64,000 nt of DNA from Lama glama (Eukaryota): positions 56,422,001 to 56,486,000 of the forward strand of contig CM052816.1 of the NCBI GenBank assembly GCA_028534125.1. Reading direction: 5' to 3'. Below, piece by piece: positions 57,901-64,000 of the stretch. How positions within the stretch are numbered: position 1 is the first letter of the stretch; the number at the start of each line of letters is the position of its first letter. The notes under the pieces were generated by a model. The model did no database searches, was not told the DNA's origin, and saw only the letters and a list, made by a program, of their open reading frames with translations. A program made the translations under genes and the position numbers.

Positions 57901-60329
57901 AGGGATTCATTAAGGAAGGGTGACGTCAGACAGAAGCCAGGAGGCTGGAACAGAGAAGAGTCGAATCTCCAACAAGGAGGACAGAAATGTCAGTAGAAAA
58001 GTTGCCCATAAGAATGGGGAGTTTCAGAACCACAGGCCACGCCAATCCAGAGATGGTTCATTTTCTTCAATCTAAGGCTTGGGCTTGTCCCTAATCTGGG
58101 GCAAAGCTGAACCTGCGCGTGGACCCGAGGACCCAGATAGTTTCAGTGGAAGGAATCATTAGGCTGTCCAGGATCAATAAATGTTTGTACATGCGGAGGA
58201 ACGTGTCCCAACCATCTAATATTTATGGAATGACCTTGATGTGCAAAGCATGATAAATTCTTGGGAGACTGAATTTACAAAGGGTTCCTGACTCGACTTC
58301 ATGGGTAAAAGAAGGCCATCTTTAGCGTCTGACGTACACGGGAGCCAGTGCAGAAGCTGGAGCAGGAATGGCTCCCTGATGGTCCCCGGCCTTCTCGACA
58401 CTGTCTTTAGAGATGTTGGTGGTAACTTGTTGGGCCTGGCCTGAGTCATGGCAATCATTCAGTAAAGGGACTCAGCCTCTAGCGATCGGGCTTGGCAACA
58501 GGAGAGACAATTAATTGGAAGGTAATTTAATAGCATTGCTTTTAAGTTGTCCACGTGCTGTAACAGGATTCAGGGCTTTTTGAAGTGATGAGCATTGTCT
58601 GGGGAAAATGCAGGTCTGAGTGTATTTAACAGCGTGGGAGTGAGAAGGGTGCAGACCTCAGCTGTTCTGTAAGCCTCTCCCAGGCTCTCCCCAGAGCAGT
58701 CACTCGCGTTGGAATGTCGTTCTGGTCGTTTTGGGATGCTTGCTCTGTGGGCAGCGAGAACGGCTGGTTTCTTCCCAGGGAGTCTCGTGTTGGTGGGTGG
58801 AGAGTTTGGCTGAAGTGCCGGGATCTAGCATGAAGTGGACTTGGAGATGGCGGAGAGCAGAGGGCGGTTTCTGTGGACGCTAAACAGCCGTGTGGACCAC
58901 ATCAAAACCAGAAGAGAGTCTGGCCAAGGTTGTCACCATTTTCCCCAAGGCCTGGCAGTAGCTCACTGACGTGTGCCTCTTTGATGCCATCGGAGAGTTG
59001 GCTTCTTCAGTACTTAGAAGCACATGAGTGCTGTGGAACCTGGCTCACAGATTCCTGGATCTGGGGTTCCAGCCTGGACCGTGATTTACACAGGGCAGCC
59101 TTCACTGCCGAAACCCGAGCTCCCAGAGGCTGCACACACACTTCCCTCATCTTCAGTCTCCACACACCTTCAGCATTTTAAAGGAGGAATTTGCTTGAAA
59201 GTGGCAAATGATACAGCATGCATTTCAACAGAATTTAGCATGGTTCCCCTGGGAGGCAGAGTGGGGAGGGCAGGTGTCTAGGGAAACACGGTTCAAAATA
59301 AGATCCTCCAAGGATGATTACGGAATAAAGCCTACATAGTTTAAAAGTAAAGTTCTATGTGTGTGTTTTTTTTTAAGGAAAGACAATAGAAACATGAGAC
59401 GAGAGGGGAGATTTTTGAGGTTATTTAGTCTCTCCCCAGTGAAAAAGAAGAAGAAACCCATTGCGCAGTCCCATCACAGGGCTGGGCAGAGAAAGGGCTC
59501 TGACTGTGTTTGCGGAATGAAGGAATGAATGAACGAACCTCTCTCCATTCCTCCCTTTCACACACAAGAGCTGACGGAGTTGTTTGCCTTGACTCCTTAG
59601 CAAACACCTTTGACGTGGCTCACATTAAGAAATAGAGGTTCAGTATGTATATTTAATGTCTGAAAGACATTAAAATGAAAATTAAAAGCCAAAAGCCAGT
59701 TGACATGGCGTGGAATGGGCTAGTGGCAGCAGGGAGATAATTATACCAGAAACCTCAAAAAGTACTTGAAGGGCAGACAGTGTGGATTGAGAAAGGATGC
59801 CTGCTCCCTTGTCCCAAGGAGACAGGCAGGAAAAATGAGATCTTTGTGCTAAGTGAGTGCCTCCCCACCATTGCTTCTGAGCAAAGAAGCTTTACTCCAG
59901 ACAACACAAATGCTGGCCCACCTAGACATGCCTCGACTGAGAAGTATTTAAGCTGTGAGTTAGAGATGCTGTTCTAGTTTAAGATCTATGTGATTCAGTG
60001 ATGGGTTCTGCATTTGCTTACAATACTCTTTGCTGCCAATTTAATCTTCACGTTGAAAAGGGGGTCTTTACATTTAATATCCTTTGCGCTCTTGCCAGGG
60101 AGGAAGCACAGCTGAGGATTTCAGGCAGGACAGATACTCCCTCTGTTTGGACGAGGAAAAACTCCATTCAAACCTAGGGGCGTGGCGCAGCAGACTGCGC
60201 TGCTGTGGATTACCGTGGTCTTCCTACAGCACTATTTGGTCCAGAATGTTACCGATGTCCCTGCCCCCGGCTTGCTGTTAGAGATGACATTTGGAAAATA
60301 TCCCTTTCAGAGTCACAGCTCTCCAATGG

Positions 60330-60835
60330 TTTCCCCTCACACACCTGGGAAAGCTAGTCTTGACCATGGTTCACGAGGCCCCACGGGGTTTGGCTTGTGG
60401 CCACCTCTCTGCTCCTTTGCCGCCCACTCCTCGATGGCTCCTCTCCAGGCACGGTGGCTGAGGTCCCTCAGACGTGCCCAGTTCACTCCCCCTCTGGCTC
60501 TCCTCTCCACCCGGAGCCCTCCTCCGTCCCCAGCTATCAACACATCTCAGCTCCTCGCCCTCGAGTATCTACTCGAGTTTTACCTCCTCACTTGTTTTTC
60601 ACTGACCGCCTTATCTCAACAACCTGACCAAATCTTTTCCCCTTCTTCAAGGCATTTACTGCTAACATTGTACTATCTATCTGTTCAATAATTTGGTTTA
60701 TTGTCTATCTTTCTCTACTCTAATGTAAACTCTGGAAGGGCAGAGGATTTTTCTCTTTTGTTCAGTGTTATGTTCCCAACATTTAAACTGTCCCTGACCC
60801 AGAGCATGTGCTCAATAATTTTTTTGAAACAAGTC
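60330..60835 (+). mobile_element. LINE-2 (L2a-like) 3' end
   Basis: 'ctaatgtaaactctggaagggcagaggatttt...ttttgttcagtgttatgttcccaac...gcatgtgctcaataatttttttgaa'. Confidence 0.75.
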
Positions 60836-61549
60836 AATACTTCACATCCTTGTTCATCTGTGGATGATAAAAGGCTCGAAAGAGGTCGCCGTATAAAGAC
60901 GGGTGGGTGGTAGCAGGTAGAAACATCTGCATGGTGAGGACAGGCAAGGGAAAATGAATTGAAATAACTTTTACTCTCCTTCTATGGGAGAAAATTCCGG
61001 AGAGTCAGGAAGGGGAACAACAAAAATAGAATCCAGTAGTGCTAAAAGTTCCTTAGGGAAAGCTTCCTGGACTTTCCATCAGCAAAGATCTTTCTTTTAA
61101 AATTCCTTTCATGTGTTTCATCAGATCTTCCTACCAAACCTTTTGATAACAATCCATTGATTCTCTCAGTTGTGTTTATTAGAGACATATGTATGTCAAC
61201 TAGAATATCAGACCAGGATTAAAACGAACAGGGTAACTGTGTGACTCAGATAATTCTCCTTTCAAAAGCAAAGGCAGAACTTGCACAGCCTCAGCTCAGA
61301 GGATTCAGTGCTCTCCAGGGCACGCTCTGAAATTCTGAGAATTGCTCAAGGGCCCCCATCAGCATCTAAAATCCTGTGACTTGCCCAAGGTCATAGCAAC
61401 CTATTGGCAGTATTATGAGACTGGAACCCTGGTCTGTGTCTCCCACGTACTCTGGGGGTGTTGCTCATCTCCTGTGCGTGCCTGAACAATTTCCCATGGG
61501 TTCTACTTGCGTCCTAGCTCTGCTCGCATTGTTTACTCAGAGGCCAGCA

Positions 61550-61785
61550 CTAACAATAGCCATTATTTATCAAACATAGGCTATGTCTGTTTTCCTAAAT
61601 TTGATATGACTCTCAAAATACTTTTATAATGAGTATCATTATCATCATTTTCCCAAAGAAAAACAGTAGCGAGAGGATGAGTAACTTATTCTAGAGCTCA
61701 TAGCTAGTGGTGGCAGAGTCAGGATTTGAATCCAGCCCTTTCCTGCTTCAGAGCCCAGGTTCTCTGTTTTACCTCGTTGCCACGA
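61550..61785 (-). mobile_element. MIR SINE
   Basis: 'atcattttcccaaagaaaaacag...gagtaacttattctagagctcatagctagtggtggcagagtcaggatttgaatccag...cagagccc'. Confidence 0.75.
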
Positions 61786-62744
61786 CACGCAGTGCCAGCT
61801 TCTTATACATGACTCATCCATGGGGAGATGGTGCCCTGGAGAGGTGATCATTTAAAATGATTCCGAAGATGGAGCCTTTCCCTCAAGTCAATAGGTTACA
61901 AAAAGCCCTGCCTCTTTAATTCACTGCTTTCTGAGCCCCCGGGAGGACCGGAGATGACTGCAGGAAGGCTGTCTGGGAAAGTGGGCGGAGGTCCTTCAAA
62001 GCCGGATGACCTCTTAAACTCAAGTTATTTCTCTAATCACCCAAGTTCCCTTAATTTTCCAAAGCTTCCCTACCTCCTTCCTTAGTTCATCCTCATCTTC
62101 TCTATACACAATGGATTATTTGTGTCACCGTGACCTGGGAGTCTTTCTAACCGAGAATCCATTTCCTGACTACTTTTACGAACTATACGCTCTTTCATAC
62201 AAGATTGCCTCTCTGGGCATTGGCAGATGGAGAGCGTCTGGGGCCGTGGCCACAAATGTTTAGAAGCTACAAAGGTCATGTCTGCTGCTTAATGGATATT
62301 TGATTTCTGATAATGGACTTGTGACAAACACCTATCATTTGAATACTAATTACTGTGATTTATATTGAATTCTCATTGGCCGCCTCAGGAGCTGATGTTC
62401 CAGAAAGTCCCTGCTGGGTGAGAGACATAGAATCATGTCTGGCATGGAGACGTTAAAAGGAGAACAGTACACTTTGTTCTTTTGGCGAGCTCCCACTTAA
62501 CTGACAAATCTGTTGAGCTGGAGAGCTTTGTTTAAGCAAGGAGTAAGGAATGATTTAATTCATGTGACAGTCTAAAGATGATATTTCCAAGATGGGCTAG
62601 GAGGGAGAGGTCTGACCTCTTTTCTCTAAAGAGGGGAAGACTGTAGCTCGGTGGGAAGACCGTGAACTTCACAAGTAGAAAGATCTGGATTTTCAATTCC
62701 AGTGTCACTGTGCATTATTATTATTGTGGTTGTAAGTAATGATA

Positions 62745-62905
62745 AGTAATAACAAAAATAGCTTGTTTACTTTGCACACAAAGGCAGGATATTAGGTGCT
62801 TCCTTGAATTATCTTATTTAATCACTGCAACCATCCTGTGATGGTCTATCCTGAGGTATTATTGGTCATCTCTATTTTACAAGTGAGAAGATTGAGGCTT
62901 AGAGA
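62745..62905 (-). mobile_element. MIR SINE (cut by the adjacent LTR)
   Basis: 'ttatcttatttaatcactgcaaccatcctgtga...tattttacaagtgagaagattgaggcttagaga'. Confidence 0.75.
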
Positions 62906-63375
62906 ATGAATCAGTCAGGGTCCTGGCAGGAAGCAGGATTGAATTTAGATGGTTTCCAATATGGAGCCTTTAAAGGAAGGCTCCTCACAGAGATGGGGCA
63001 GGGATCAGGGCACCAACAGAAGAAACGGAGGCGTTGGAGAATGCAGCCTCGGAGATCTGTTACCACCCTTAGTGCTGAAGGGGTAAGAGGCGGAAATGCA
63101 GTGCTTGCATGGGAAGGAGGGCCTGCCCAGTGGGACTGATGTCACAGGGGGATGCTGCAACGGCCAGAAGTGTGGCAGCACCTCGGGGAGGAAGTGGGGA
63201 GAACACCTCAACCTCTCTCCCTTCTCCGCTCTCGTCACCTGTCTCTGCCTCTCGCTGACCCGCCCCTACAGGGAAGCCAGGGGGCCAGGCAGACGGATGA
63301 TGTTTTGCAGATCCAGGACACAAGCAGATTAGAGGAGCAGGAGGATGGGTTGAGGGTTGGACACTCTGAAGACAC
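62906..63375 (-). mobile_element. LTR33-like ERVL solo LTR
   Basis: Starts 'tgaatcagtcagggtcctggcaggaagcag...cacagagatggggcaggg' and later has 'ctgacccgcccctacagggaagccaggggg', the recalled antisense LTR33 layout. Confidence 0.55.
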
Positions 63376-63799
63376 AGGCGGGATCCCACCCAGAATGTGG
63401 TTTGGATGTTGAGACCAACACCACCATACATACACAAGAAGGTATGGAAAGGTTTAGCTCACATGATGAGGTTTTCAGGGAGAGTGTGGCAGGCCCCAAG
63501 CAGGTCTCAAAATGGTTTGAGAGAGCAGAGACAGGAGACTAGCTTGGTATTTTCATAGAGATTTGAGGATGGGACCAGAGTGGGGGTTTAAACGTCCGGC
63601 CAGTGCCAAAGGAGAGGGCACCCAGGCTTTCTAATTAGCCGGTCCAGATGAGGGGCGGGAGAAGAGGAAGGGGTGAGTCTTACAAGCGCAGATTCTTTAT
63701 TGTAAGATGTCAGACGGAGACTACCCAGCGGACCGAGTCCAGTGTGTTGCCCCAAATCACCTAGTTTTAACTCGTGCACTAGGTTTTCAACCCAAGTCA

Positions 63800-63920
63800 G
63801 TCTTTGGCCCAAACTCATGCTTTTCATGATCACATTCACTGGCTTTGTGACCTTGAATGAATGGCTTCACCTCTTGGTGTTAAAACCTCAGTTTCCTCAT
63901 CCATAAAATGGAAACCCTCT
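63800..63920 (+). mobile_element. MIR SINE
   Basis: 'ggctttgtgaccttgaatgaatggcttcacctct...cctcagtttcctcatccataaaatgg'. Confidence 0.8.
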
Positions 63921-64000
63921 CTCTCTGCCCGGTGTGTGCGCCTGGCGGGTGTTCTGTGAGTGGCAGTTCTCAGCCCCGCCCTCTCGTTTTCCTGAGGAGG

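Noticed and set aside
1..64000. CRISPR arrays, operons or other prokaryotic systems; a specific gene name for the locus
   Set aside because: The sequence is mammalian with no regularly spaced repeat-spacer array, and I could not recognise any exon well enough to name a gene.

Overview
This is mammalian genomic DNA, very probably camelid (camel, alpaca or llama). That call rests on a tRNA-derived Vic-1-type SINE and several short lineage-type L1 3' ends. I cannot recognise any protein-coding gene, rRNA, tRNA or known miRNA, and the ORF track looks like background ORFs apart from L1 ORF2 C-terminal remnants at 12.4-12.8 kb. The window looks intergenic or intronic. It has many interspersed repeats (MIR, L2, old and young L1, MaLR/ERVL/ERV1 solo LTRs, hAT MER elements), one 100-N assembly gap and two CpG islands (~8.4-9.5 kb, ~20.5-21.7 kb). 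The best leads are: (i) a candidate spliced minus-strand transcript from the second CpG island whose two exons join in frame into an unrecognised small ORF; (ii) compact TF-motif clusters (CRE/NF-kB, NF-kB-TEAD-AP-1, FOX plus inverted TCF/LEF, inverted TALE sites) suggesting an enhancer-rich region; (iii) nested and internally deleted retroelements with readable target-site duplications. Repeat family names come from recalled consensus sequences, not from a database search, and repeat boundaries are approximate. I found no convincing novel biological system.
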